Under the pieces are notes generated by a model. It saw only the letters and a program-made list of their open reading frames with translations, was not told where the DNA came from and made no database searches. A stretch of DNA of 64,000 nucleotides from NCBI GenBank assembly GCA_039817825.1, contig JBCBVA010000004.1:7912-71911 (forward strand). The letters are read 5' to 3'. The position numbers and the translations under genes are program-made. Source of the stretch: Cyanobacteria bacterium J06642_12 (lineage in GTDB: Bacteria; Cyanobacteriota; Cyanobacteriia; Thermostichales; PCC-7336). Shown here piece by piece: positions 21,067-32,926 of the stretch; the stretch's first letter is position 1, and every line of letters starts with the position of its first letter.

Positions 21067-23475
21067 GTGAAAATTTCCCTGAAATGGCTACGGGAACTAG
21101 TGGAGTTCGACTGGGATCCGGATGCCATCAGCGAGGCGTTAACCCTGACGGGATTTGAAGTGGAAGACATTGACGATCTGCGGGCTCGTGCCGATGGCGT
21201 CGTAGTAGGTCATATCCTGTCTGCCGAACAGCATCCCAATGCCGATCGCCTGCAAGTCTGCCAAGTGAATGTGGGGGCCGACAGTCCACTTACGATTGTC
21301 TGCGGAGCCAAGAACGCTCGCACCGGTCTCTACGTTGCCGTTGCGATGGTGGGCACCTACCTGCCGACCATTGACCTGAAGCTGCGCAAAACCAAGTTGC
21401 GGGGGGTGAAGTCTGAGGGGATGATTTGTTCCCTCAAAGAATTGGGGCTGGAGGAAGAATCCGCCGGTATTTACGAATTTGACGGTACCCCTGAAGTCGG
21501 GAGCGACGTTCGTCCTTTACTGGGCCTCGATGACGCCATTTTGGATTTGGTGTCGACTGCCAACCGAGCGGATGCTCTCAGCATGGTGGGCATTGCCCGT
21601 GAGGTGTCGGCCATTACCCGTAACCCCGTCAACTTACCCGTTGCGACTCCGACCCAGCCCCAGCAATCCGCAACTGTCGCTCTGGATATTGCCGACTCCG
21701 CTGCCTGTCCGGCGTACAGCGGCAGTCTGATTCGCGGTGTGACCATTGCGCCCTCCCCTGCTTGGCTGAGCAAACAGCTAGAAGCTGCTGGAGTTCGTTC
21801 CATCAACAACGTTGTGGACATCACGAACTACGTCCTGCTGGAGTGGGGCCAACCGCTGCACGCGTTTGATTGGCAGAAGTTGCAAGCAGTGATGGGAGAT
21901 GCGGCTCCCACTGGTGATAGTCATTTTGTAGGTGTTCGGTTGGCCGCTGCCGGAGACACTCTCAAAACTTTAGATGGTAGCGATCGCGAACTGGTTGCCG
22001 ATAACTTGGTGATTACAGCCGCCGATATTCCCGTTGCCCTGGCGGGGGTCATGGGGGGAGAAGACACCGAAGTCAACGATGCGTCTGTCGATATCTTTCT
22101 GGAAGCCGCCCTGTTCGATCCCGTTGCCGTCCGCCGGTCTGCCCGTGCCCAAACCTTGAGAACAGAAGCCTCTGCCCGCTACGAGCGAGGGGTAGATGCA
22201 TCAGCGTGGCTGACTGCTCGCGATCGCGCCGTTGCCCTCATTCTGGAGATTGCCGGTGGGGAATTAGTGGAGGAGACCGTCCACGATGCTCGGCCTACCG
22301 ACGATCGCTCCATTACCCTGCGCCTACAGCGACTGATCGACATCATGGGAGACACTATTCCTGCGGCTACGGTGGTGAACTATCTAGAAGCACTGGGTTT
22401 CGAGATGACCCAGCAAACGTCCGAGGCCGAGACCGTATGGACCGTTAACGTCCCGGCTTATCGGCAGCGGGACATCGAGCGGGAAATTGACCTAATTGAA
22501 GAATTTGCCCGTCTGTACGGCTACGACCAGTTCTCGGCTACCTTGCCTAGCGAAGCCAGCGTTGGGGATATCTCCGATTGGGAATTGCTGCTGCGTCGCA
22601 TTCGTCTGGCCTTCCGCAGTTCGGGGCTGACCGAACTGATGCAAATTTCCCTCTGCCCTCAAACGGCAGGGGTGCCGGTGGTGATTACCAATCCGATCGC
22701 GGAAGAGTTTTCGGCCTTGCGACAAGAGCTACTGCCGGGCTTGGTGGAGGCCTACGGGTTCAACCAGGATCGCGGGAACGGCCCCCTAAACGGATTTGAA
22801 GTGGGGAAAGTCTTCTGGAGAGAGGGCGATCGCTACGCAGAAGAAACGCGCATTGGTGGCATTTTTGGTGGCGATCCCACCCGCCAAAGCTGGCAACAGA
22901 CCGCGCAATCCCTCGATTGGTTTGCGGCAAAAGGCTTGCTGGTCAAAGTCTTCGAACGGCTAGGGCTGGAGGTCACGTTCCAAGGGGACAGTGAGCAAGA
23001 GCTGTTGCACCCCGGACGGACGGCATCGCTGTGGCTGAAGAAGCAGCGATTGGGGGTATTCGGTCAGCTGCATCCGCGTACGGCCAAGCAGCGGGATTTA
23101 CCGTCCGAGGTCTATGCCTTTGAACTGTCGCTACCCGTTCTGGTTGAGGGGCTGAGTGCACTGGGGATTGTCACTTATCGCAACTTCTCCACCTTCCCTG
23201 CTTCCGATCGCGACATCGCCTTTTACAGCCCGCTAGAGGTGAGTGTAGGAGACTTGGAAATGGCGATCTCGAAAGCTGGCGGAGAGCTGTTGGAGTCGGT
23301 GCAGTTGTTTGACGAGTATCGCGGCAAGGGGGTACCGGACGGACAGCGTAGTTTGGCCTTTCGGATCGTGTATCGTTCTGGCGATCGCACCTTGACTGAA
23401 GCTGAAGTGGAATCAGCTCACCAGGCGGTGCGGCAACAGCTTGAGACGCAGTTCTCGGTGAGCTTGCGGAGTTAG
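21067..23475 (+). CDS. pheT: Phenylalanyl-tRNA synthetase beta subunit
   Basis: MKISLKWLRE, HPNADRL, NRADALS, SINNVVDITNYV, C-terminal FDX-ACB domain (SLAFRIVYR). Confidence 0.97.
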   Translation: MKISLKWLRELVEFDWDPDAISEALTLTGFEVEDIDDLRARADGVVVGHILSAEQHPNADRLQVCQVNVGADSPLTIVCGAKNARTGLYVAVAMVGTYLPTIDLKLRKTKLRGVKSEGMICSLKELGLEEESAGIYEFDGTPEVGSDVRPLLGLDDAILDLVSTANRADALSMVGIAREVSAITRNPVNLPVATPTQPQQSATVALDIADSAACPAYSGSLIRGVTIAPSPAWLSKQLEAAGVRSINNVVDITNYVLLEWGQPLHAFDWQKLQAVMGDAAPTGDSHFVGVRLAAAGDTLKTLDGSDRELVADNLVITAADIPVALAGVMGGEDTEVNDASVDIFLEAALFDPVAVRRSARAQTLRTEASARYERGVDASAWLTARDRAVALILEIAGGELVEETVHDARPTDDRSITLRLQRLIDIMGDTIPAATVVNYLEALGFEMTQQTSEAETVWTVNVPAYRQRDIEREIDLIEEFARLYGYDQFSATLPSEASVGDISDWELLLRRIRLAFRSSGLTELMQISLCPQTAGVPVVITNPIAEEFSALRQELLPGLVEAYGFNQDRGNGPLNGFEVGKVFWREGDRYAEETRIGGIFGGDPTRQSWQQTAQSLDWFAAKGLLVKVFERLGLEVTFQGDSEQELLHPGRTASLWLKKQRLGVFGQLHPRTAKQRDLPSEVYAFELSLPVLVEGLSALGIVTYRNFSTFPASDRDIAFYSPLEVSVGDLEMAISKAGGELLESVQLFDEYRGKGVPDGQRSLAFRIVYRSGDRTLTEAEVESAHQAVRQQLETQFSVSLRS

Positions 23476-23496
23476 TACTTGCTTAGTAGTTCTTTT

Positions 23497-23573
23497 TGTG
23501 AGACTGAGATACACAATCTCAGTCTCACATGAATCAGCTATGACCTACAGCTATCAATCTAAAGCTGTAGGTC
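23497..23573. terminator. Two consecutive hairpins between convergent pheT and crtB
   Basis: TGTGAGACTGAGAT-acaca-ATCTCAGTCTCACA (23497-23529) and GACCTACAGCT-N10-AGCTGTAGGTC (23542-23573). No clear U-tract. Confidence 0.6.
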
Positions 23574-23588
23574 TATTAGTCCGGTCAA

Positions 23589-24461
23589 CTAGTAGCGATA
23601 CTGGGCCCGCCACCAGGCCACGGGCAGAGCGACAGCCTTGCGCACTTTAGACACGTAAGCCCGACGGCGGAACACTTGATAGTTATTGCGCTCGATCGCG
23701 TTCAAAATCTGGCGATAGAGCATGAGAGAGGCCCACACGGGCCAGCGGGCATCTTTCTGGAGAGATGACACCCCTGACTCGGCCTTAGCATAGAGTTTGC
23801 GAGCCCGCTCGATTTCAAAATTCATCAGGGCAATCCAGCGCCGATCGACCACACAGTTGAACAGGTCGCTCTCAGAGTAGTTAAACTTTTTTAAATCCTC
23901 ACCGGGCAAATAGATACGACCCCGACGCGCATCCTCCCCCACATCTCGCAAAATGTTGGTGAGCTGCATCGCCAACCCCAGCGAGATCGCCTCGTCCATC
24001 GCATACTTGCCGGGGGCAAATCCCATAATGGCAGACGACATCTCACCCACCGTACCGGCAACGCGATAGCAGTACAGGCGCAGCTCGTCCCAGGTTTCGT
24101 AGCGATCGCGCTCTAGATCCATTCGCTGGCCGGCAATCATTTCCCGAAAGGGCTCCACCGGTATGGAGTAGCGCTCGATGGCATCGGCTAGAGCAATATC
24201 TGTCGGATTGGCAGGTGTGGAGCCGGAGAACAGCGTTTCCATGTTCTCTTCCCACGCATCCAGTGTCTCTGGAGTGGTTGTGCCTGCTTCTGCACCATCC
24301 ACCAGCTCGTCCGTATTGCGAAGCCACGCATAAATCGCCCAAATGGCATGCCGCTTCTGCAAAGGCATAAGCTGCGAGCCCAGATAAAACGTTTTGGCAT
24401 GTTTGGCCGTAATACTGCGGCACAGTTCGATCGATTGGGCAAGCGAGGTCATTGCACCCAC
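23589..24461 (-). CDS. crtB: Phytoene synthase
   Basis: AKTFYLGS, YCYRVAGTVG, QLTNILRDVGEDARRGRIYLP. Confidence 0.95.
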   Translation of the reverse strand: MGAMTSLAQSIELCRSITAKHAKTFYLGSQLMPLQKRHAIWAIYAWLRNTDELVDGAEAGTTTPETLDAWEENMETLFSGSTPANPTDIALADAIERYSIPVEPFREMIAGQRMDLERDRYETWDELRLYCYRVAGTVGEMSSAIMGFAPGKYAMDEAISLGLAMQLTNILRDVGEDARRGRIYLPGEDLKKFNYSESDLFNCVVDRRWIALMNFEIERARKLYAKAESGVSSLQKDARWPVWASLMLYRQILNAIERNNYQVFRRRAYVSKVRKAVALPVAWWRAQYRY

Positions 24462-24526
24462 CAGAGGCAGAAACGAGTGAAAGCCGCAGGTCGCAGCAGG
24501 AGTCGAGTGAAGCGAGAACGCTCAGA

Positions 24527-25984
<1,458 letters not shown>

Positions 25985-26171
25985 CTATTGTATTTGCAAT
26001 CCGTTACAATTTGCAGCAATTTGCTGATAGAGGTGCACACTACCGGTAAGAGCGCTCGAGCTCAACAGTATGCCTGCCCGTGATTTCAGCCATTCATGGC
26101 GGCTGTTTTTCTAGTGCTACCTTGACACCACTTGGACGTTCGGGGCCGGCTGCTTGGGTGGGTGGGGAGGC

Positions 26172-26522
26172 TCAGTGTCTGCAGATCCGATTTTGAGCAA
26201 AAATTCTGCTGACTTTTCTCGCTTCATGCCAGCGAGCGAGACAGTCTGCTTCAACCGAACAGGATGTGATGCTGGCCCGAGTGTCAGCAGTCCTGCGTCG
26301 TTTTTGCCTTGGCTGATGGGCTTGTTTGACCGTACTGCGCGATCTTTGACGGCGCGTGTCGCTGCGCAGATGGAGGGGAGATAGTTTGCCTTGTGGGGAA
26401 ACTGGTCTGCCCGAAGACATCTCTGGTAGACGCTTGCGGACGGGCGAGCGATTGTTTGATGTCTGCCACGGCAAAGCAGCTAAGGATAGCAGCGTGACGT
26501 GGTGAATGGGAAATGCACTCAT
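26172..26522 (-). CDS. Hypothetical Arg/Ser-rich basic protein, divergent from the repressor
   Basis: AGGAG SD-like motif upstream of ATG 26522; 116 aa; no recognised domain. Confidence 0.4.
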   Translation of the reverse strand: MSAFPIHHVTLLSLAALPWQTSNNRSPVRKRLPEMSSGRPVSPQGKLSPLHLRSDTRRQRSRSTVKQAHQPRQKRRRTADTRASITSCSVEADCLARWHEARKVSRIFAQNRICRH

Positions 26523-26817
26523 AACACTCAACTCCTGAGCATTCAAACTTTTAATCTCCAGCACCGGTCAATGACTGAACTTGGTGAAGGAGTGTGACTC
26601 AGTGGAACTTGGCTTTAATGCTTGCGGTTATGCCTTCCAGACGGTTCACAACCCATTTGGGAGTCACCGCAATCAGTCAATCAAATCAAGTTAAAATCCG
26701 AACTAAACTCACTGAATAAAGTGAATTACTTGCAAAACTATCCACATACATTGAAGGTGTCAAGAGTCTGCGATAGGATTTCACTAGTTTCATTCACCTC
26801 AAGCTGCTGAGAGGGAG

Positions 26818-27507
26818 ATGTTGATGAGGCGATCGCAGACCTCTGAAGAATTGAAGGCATTGGGACTGAAAACATTCGCCAATCGTTTGAAACAGGCGAT
26901 CGGGGATGAAGCCGTGTATGCCTTTGGGCGAAGAGCGGGGCTGAGCGATACGAGTTTGCGCAGCTATTTAAAAGGGGCTGCGGTGCCGGGAATCGATAAA
27001 GCGGTGGCGATGGCCGAAACAGCAGGTGTTGCGCTGCAGTGGCTGATTACCGGAGACGGAGACATGCGCGACGGGGATGCGGCTGACGATGATTTTGTCG
27101 GCATTCCATTGGTCGATGCCGAGGTGTCTGCCGGGCCCGGATTGTTGGCAAGAGAGGAAGACGTGCGGGAGGTGGTGGCGTTCGATCGCCAGTGGCTACG
27201 TTCCAAACTAGGCACCAACCCCTCTCAATTAACGCTGGTTACGGTCAGTGGAGACAGCATGGCTCCAACATTGATGGATGGGGATACGATTTTTGTCGAT
27301 CGCCAGGTCAATGAGTTGCGCGATGGTATTTACGTATTTCAGATGAATGGCGATTTGCTGGTGAAACGCCTGCAGAAATTGCCAGGGTCACTGATTAGCG
27401 TGATTAGCGACAATCCCAAGTTTCAAACCTTCACCGTAGATATGAACGATTGCGACAACCAAATCGCTATTGTGGGCCGCTACCGAGGCCGGATTTCGCT
27501 GCAATAA
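26818..27507 (+). CDS. XRE-HTH plus S24 peptidase repressor (phage CI/LexA-like)
   Basis: HTH FANRLKQAIG...LQWLITGDG, Ala-Gly cleavage site VSAGPG, catalytic Ser in GDSM and Lys in VKRL. Confidence 0.88.
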   Translation: MLMRRSQTSEELKALGLKTFANRLKQAIGDEAVYAFGRRAGLSDTSLRSYLKGAAVPGIDKAVAMAETAGVALQWLITGDGDMRDGDAADDDFVGIPLVDAEVSAGPGLLAREEDVREVVAFDRQWLRSKLGTNPSQLTLVTVSGDSMAPTLMDGDTIFVDRQVNELRDGIYVFQMNGDLLVKRLQKLPGSLISVISDNPKFQTFTVDMNDCDNQIAIVGRYRGRISLQ

Positions 27508-27776
27508 ATTCTTGTACCGCGCTTAGACCACCGGTCTGGACTGTTGGATTCGGCAAGAGACCGCTGTCTTTGGTACGCGGTACACCAGTAGTACAGCCTC
27601 AAAAATAGTTGACCCGCCTGCACAATCGGTGATAGAGCGAAAGACACATTGTCCGGTCTCATGCGGTGAGGGCGTTATCCATGCAACGGCCTCGCTAGTG
27701 GTGTAATGGCCTCGTTCATGGGCGATCGCTCCTGCAAGATCGGACAGTCCTTGCATGTTGCCTGGGGTGGTTCGCG

Positions 27777-29429
27777 ATGTTGGCTATTGATTTCGGCACC
27801 AGTAACACGGTTGTGGCGCAATTGTCGGGGGAGACGGTATCGGTATTGCGCCTACCCAATCTTTCTCGCCCTGACGCAGAGGGGGCTCCCACCATTCCCA
27901 GTCAGGTGTATGTCGAGGATGCGCGAACAGGGCAGGTGATTATCGGCCAGGCGGTCAGCGATCGCGGCCTGGATGTCAAAAGCGATCCACGCTATTTCAG
28001 ACACTTCAAGCGGGGGATTGGGGTCGATGTCCGAGGGTTTGTCCCCGAACTCGACGGGGTGGAGGTGACCCCTGAATTAGTAGGGGAGTGGTTCTTGAAA
28101 CAGGTGGTGAAAGCGACTCAAGCCATGCTTAGAGAAGCTGCTGTTGGAGAAGCTCTTCTTGGAGAAGCAGATAGTTCCAAGACGGATAGTGCCGAACCGG
28201 ACAGCTGGGTGTTTACCGTTCCGGTGGATAGTTTCGAAGCTTACCGTCAGTGGTTAAGCACGATTGCCGAGTCTCTGGGAATTTTACAGTTGCAACTCCT
28301 GGATGAGCCCACGGCTGCAGCATTGGATTATGGGTTGCAAGAAAACCGCAATTTTCTGGTGGTTGATTTTGGTGGGGGAACCCTCGATCTAGCGTTAATT
28401 CAACCGGGAAAAGCTCCGGGGGGTCGAGCCTGGGGCACGTTTGTGAAATGGGGGGCGTCGCGGCTGAAATCCCAGCAGGGTCAATCCACAACCGCCAAAG
28501 CGATCGCTAAAGCCGCCCAAACACTGGGGGGAGCAGACTTGGACCGTTGGTTGGCGGAAGCTTGGTGCCAGCAGCATAATTTACACAACAATCGCCTCAT
28601 TACTCGAATGGCGGAGCGGGTCAAAATTGCCCTATCAGAGCGAGAGCAGGCCCAAGAGGTATTTTTCGATGACGAAACCTTTCAGTCGGTGGAATTAGAA
28701 GCCTCCCGAGCCCAATTCACCCAATTGTTGACCCACAACAAGCTATTCGATCGCCTCAATTCAGCCCTCAATCAAGTCCTGTTGCAAGCTCAGCAGCGGG
28801 GTCTGGACAAATCCGATATTCAAGCGGTCGTGGCGGTAGGAGGAACCTGCAAGATTCCGGCCATCCGCGCTTGGCTAGAGGACGAATTTGGGGCGGATAA
28901 ACTCTATGCTTCGGAACCTCTAGAGGCGATCGCCAAAGGAGCCCTACAAATTGCTCGGGGAATTGAGGTGCGTGACTTTCTCTATCACAGCTACGGCATT
29001 CGCTACTGGAACCAGCGCACCAATAGCCACGACTGGCATCCTCTCATTCAGGCGGGACTCCCCTACCCGTTACCGGAGCCGGTGGAATTAGTGCTGGGGG
29101 CATCGATTGAAAATCAGCCCAGTATTGAGCTGGTGATTGGGGAATTAGGGGAATCGGATGAAGCGGTAGAGGTGTATTTTTCCGAGGGACAGTTGGTCAC
29201 CCGCCAGCGCGTTACAGATGCAGATGGGCAGGCAAAGCCCGTTCAAGCTCTGAATGACGATGCGGATACGCGGGCGATCGCCCAGCTACAGCCTGTAGGC
29301 CAGCCGGGTAGCGATCGGTTGCTGTTGCAGTTCCAGGTGGATAAGCAGCGGCGGTTGTGTGTCACAGTTGAAGACTTACTCACCAACGAAACCCTGCAGG
29401 ATAACCAGCCCATCATTGACTTGAGGTAG
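27777..29429 (+). CDS. Hsp70-family protein (non-canonical DnaK-like)
   Basis: AIDFGTSNT, LDEPTAAA, VVDFGGGTLD, LGGADLD, VGGTCKIP. Confidence 0.88.
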   Translation: MLAIDFGTSNTVVAQLSGETVSVLRLPNLSRPDAEGAPTIPSQVYVEDARTGQVIIGQAVSDRGLDVKSDPRYFRHFKRGIGVDVRGFVPELDGVEVTPELVGEWFLKQVVKATQAMLREAAVGEALLGEADSSKTDSAEPDSWVFTVPVDSFEAYRQWLSTIAESLGILQLQLLDEPTAAALDYGLQENRNFLVVDFGGGTLDLALIQPGKAPGGRAWGTFVKWGASRLKSQQGQSTTAKAIAKAAQTLGGADLDRWLAEAWCQQHNLHNNRLITRMAERVKIALSEREQAQEVFFDDETFQSVELEASRAQFTQLLTHNKLFDRLNSALNQVLLQAQQRGLDKSDIQAVVAVGGTCKIPAIRAWLEDEFGADKLYASEPLEAIAKGALQIARGIEVRDFLYHSYGIRYWNQRTNSHDWHPLIQAGLPYPLPEPVELVLGASIENQPSIELVIGELGESDEAVEVYFSEGQLVTRQRVTDADGQAKPVQALNDDADTRAIAQLQPVGQPGSDRLLLQFQVDKQRRLCVTVEDLLTNETLQDNQPIIDLR

Positions 29430-29486
29430 GCGGTGAATTCTGGCAGGTGGTGAATTCTGGCAGGCGGTGAATTCTGGCAAGCGGTG
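29429..29486. repeat. 17-bp tandem repeat, 3 copies plus a partial
   Basis: GG(C/T)GGTGAATTCTGGCA at 29429, 29446 and 29463, with a partial copy at 29480. Confidence 0.9.
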
Positions 29487-30092
29487 TTAGCAGTGCTCTG
29501 TCAGCGGCGATTGAAAGAATCCACGAACGCTTTCCGGCTGGTTTTGAGAAATTCTCTAAAGACGCCATCTGATTCCCGAATGCGAGGCTCTACGACAGTT
29601 TGCGGTGATTGGTACTAAATGTTTCCAACGTCAGCATGTGCGGTGATGGTGGTCGAGAGGGCGATCGCGAGAAACTCCCCCAGAGGTAAGGAGTTTTGAC
29701 GGGTGGCAGGCAGGCTTGCAGGGGCACACCAATGGTGGAGAACATGGTGTTAGTACCGCTCGATCGGCAGTCTCAGCGCCTGAGCTACCGTTTTTGTCAC
29801 AAGAAATCTGTATGGTGGTCAAGTAAAGCTAGGTGTAAACACATATGCTCGCAGCGCAATACGCGATGGAGTAGTGCCAATCGCTGGCTTATCCGAGATA
29901 TTCCGGATTGACGTAACCCAGTCTGCTGGTGCTTTGTCCGGGCTAGCGTATCTACCGTTATTGCACCTTTGCGAGTGGTTGACGGCTATTTTAGCCTGTT
30001 GCTTTACGGTGATGTTCGAGAGCCGCTCAGTCTCGCGCTCTATCGCCAGTCCATCGTTTGGCTGGCATGTCCCATGACGGAGGATCGACCCC

Positions 30093-30773
30093 ATGAAAAT
30101 CTTGCTCGTTGAAGACGACGATCGCATCGCGGGAGCGTTAGCGGAAGATCTCTCAGATAGTCATTACGCCGTTGATATTGCCGAAGATGGTCAGGCTGCT
30201 TGGGATTTATCCGAAGCCTACGATTACGACTTAATTCTGCTGGACGTCATGCTGCCTCGCATTGACGGTATTACCCTCTGCAAGCGACTGCGTAAAACCG
30301 GCTGTAAAACCCCCATCTTGATGCTGACTGCCCGCGACACCGGAGACGATATGGTCACTGGGTTGGATGCTGGGGCTGACGATTATGTTGTCAAGCCGTT
30401 CGATCTCGATACCCTGTCTGCCAGAATCCGGGCGTTGCTGCGGCGCGGTGAAATCTCGCTGCCCCCCAATCTGGAATGGGGAGATCTGAGCCTCAACCCC
30501 AATGCCCAGGAGTCTTACTACCAGACCAAGCTATTGGGGTTAACTCCGACTGAATTCCGGTTGCTGGAATTGTTCATGCGCAATCCCAGGCGGGTGTTCA
30601 GCCGCAGTGCCATTCTCGATAAACTGTGGCCGTATGCCGATGCTCCTGAAGAAGAAACGGTCAAAATGCATATTTTGGGATTGCGCCGCAAGCTCAAGCA
30701 AGCTGGGGCCGATACCGATTTGATCGAAACTGTCTATGGCGTGGGGTATCGCCTCAAGCATGATGAAGAATAG
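30093..30773 (+). CDS. OmpR-family response regulator
   Basis: MKILLVEDD, LLDVMLP, GADDYVVKPF, IETVYGVGY. Confidence 0.95.
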   Translation: MKILLVEDDDRIAGALAEDLSDSHYAVDIAEDGQAAWDLSEAYDYDLILLDVMLPRIDGITLCKRLRKTGCKTPILMLTARDTGDDMVTGLDAGADDYVVKPFDLDTLSARIRALLRRGEISLPPNLEWGDLSLNPNAQESYYQTKLLGLTPTEFRLLELFMRNPRRVFSRSAILDKLWPYADAPEEETVKMHILGLRRKLKQAGADTDLIETVYGVGYRLKHDEE

Positions 30774-32196
30774 ACTCTTTTTCAGCCTGCGATGGCAGTT
30801 ACTGTTGTCTTATCTGCTTGTCATGGCGGCAACCGTTGTGGCGTTTCAGGCAGGGGTTTATATTCTATTCAATCGCAGCTTGTATAGAGAAATCGATCGC
30901 AAGCTGCTCACGTTGGCTCAATCTGCCAGCCCATCTTTGGCCTCCATCCTGGATGAAGGGGAAGAGTATCTAGACGACGTTGAAGAGGTGCCGTGGCGAG
31001 ATATTTTCAATCGCGATCGTCAGAGCCTAGAGTGGTTTAACGCTAGGGGAGAGTTGCTGGCTAGAAAAGGGACGCTCATCATTTCGGCTCCCCATCGCCT
31101 CAGGACGCAAGAGTTTGCGTTAGGATCTCCCCCGATTCCCGTCAGAGCCTACACAATTTCTGCATTTAGCGACGATCCGGAGACGGGAGAACGGGTACTG
31201 GAAGGCTACATTCGGGCTAGCCAGTCCATTGAAGTGCTCAACCAAGAACGCCTGCAAATTGTGCAAATTTTGGGGATTAGCGGAGCGGCCGCAGTGGTAC
31301 TGATCGGTGCAGGCGGTTTGTGGCTGACTCGGCGCGCCCTCAAACCGGTTGAAGAGAGTTTCAATTACCTGAAACAATTCACCGCCGATGCCTCTCACGA
31401 ACTGCGCAGTCCTCTGACAGCTATCTCGCTGTCGGTGGACGTGCTGCAACGCCATCCCGAGCGCATTCACCCGTCCGATATTCGCAAGATTGATGCGATC
31501 GCCAGTGCCGCCCGCCAAATGACCCGTCTAACGGAAGACTTATTGCTCTTAACGCGTACGGATTCATCCAACCGCTTGCCCAGCAGGCGGGAGGTTATTC
31601 TTCTGAAAACCATGCTGGCGGACGTGGTTGACCGAGTCACCCCCCAAGCCGATCTAAAATCTTTGACTCTAGTTGTTCCCCCTGCGTTCAGAGGAACCAC
31701 CCGGCCAACCGCATCGAGTGAGCCGTCCACAGGGGCCGATGCCAAAAAGCTGGAGCTTGTCAAAGTGCGAGGGGACAAGCTGCAACTGCAACGGTTGTTT
31801 GCCAATCTGGTTGAGAATGCGATCCAATACACTCCGTCCGGCGGACAGATTGCGATCGACGCTGCTGTTGGGCCAAGTGCCGTGACGATTTCGGTAGAAG
31901 ACTCTGGTATTGGCATCGGCCCGGACATGCTGCCCTATATTTTTCAGCGGTTTTGGCGTGCGGATCGAGCACGGAGTCGCCGCTCGAAGGGATCGGGACT
32001 GGGGTTGGCAATCGCTCAAGCGATCGCTCGTCAACATGGTGGTGAGATTAGCGTCACTAGCGTTGTCAACGTTGGCAGTACGTTCCATGTGCGGTTGCCG
32101 ATACTTCGGGGGGGGCGCGATGATAAAGCCGTTACCCCCCTCGCTGCCGAGCGTGCCCTCCCGCCGAAAGGCTCCAGTCAGGGTCAAGCTAGTTGA
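30760..32196 (+). CDS. Membrane sensor histidine kinase
   Basis: Two TM helices, FTADASHELRSPL, NLVENAIQYT, GSGLGL. Overlaps the regulator stop. Confidence 0.93.
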   Translation: MMKNRLFFSLRWQLLLSYLLVMAATVVAFQAGVYILFNRSLYREIDRKLLTLAQSASPSLASILDEGEEYLDDVEEVPWRDIFNRDRQSLEWFNARGELLARKGTLIISAPHRLRTQEFALGSPPIPVRAYTISAFSDDPETGERVLEGYIRASQSIEVLNQERLQIVQILGISGAAAVVLIGAGGLWLTRRALKPVEESFNYLKQFTADASHELRSPLTAISLSVDVLQRHPERIHPSDIRKIDAIASAARQMTRLTEDLLLLTRTDSSNRLPSRREVILLKTMLADVVDRVTPQADLKSLTLVVPPAFRGTTRPTASSEPSTGADAKKLELVKVRGDKLQLQRLFANLVENAIQYTPSGGQIAIDAAVGPSAVTISVEDSGIGIGPDMLPYIFQRFWRADRARSRRSKGSGLGLAIAQAIARQHGGEISVTSVVNVGSTFHVRLPILRGGRDDKAVTPLAAERALPPKGSSQGQAS

Positions 32197-32926
32197 GGCC
32201 GTGCTTTCCAGGAATGCTTGAAGCCATAGCTCTCGTCGCCGTACAAGGCATTCGCTATCTCATTGGTCACAGACGGTTAAGGGGTCGGACGTTCCGGGGA
32301 TTGGATGCCCGCCGGTTCTATGGTGCTTGCCATGTCAATTTGAAATCCGGCGAACGTGGGGGCTAAAAATGGTCTAATGTAATGCCCAATAATGCATATG
32401 CTGTCTATCAGAATGTAGTTCTTTTTTGGATCGAAATAATCTCTTGACGCCCTGGTATTCGGTATCCTAATCATTTATCCAAGAAGGGCGAAACGATATG
32501 TATGGCTATGTTGGGGATCGCCTGGGAAATTTGATACTTCTTCGTAGGATTCGTTTGGGGTATCTATCTCTCGGTCTCTCTAAATAGAGTTTTTCCTCAA
32601 TTGCTTCCGAGTCGTATAGAGGCTGTTTTTTCTCTCTAGGACAGCAACTTGTACAGTGGGAGATTTTAGCGCTCGCTACCTTTCTTTTAGGCTCTAGACG
32701 CCATTGCCGTTCATAAATAAACAATTCAAATTAGTACTTAAAATAACAGACTTTCTAAGGGGGCTGCGTAGCTAGAGGCACGTGGATTTGATGCCATCTT
32801 TCCGAATTGCTTACGCATTAATAATATGTTTATAATCTTGCAACTTTGATTCATCACAACAACCCGTTTGCGTGCATGCGCGGCGGCCCAAATTTGTATT
32901 TGGGAGTACGGCGGAGGTCCCGATTT

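Noticed and set aside
21067-23475. pheT without adjacent pheS
   Set aside because: Separation of pheS and pheT is common in cyanobacteria.
26172-29429. Prophage around the CI-like repressor
   Set aside because: No integrase, replication, structural or lysis genes, and no att-like repeats seen; the flanks are host genes.
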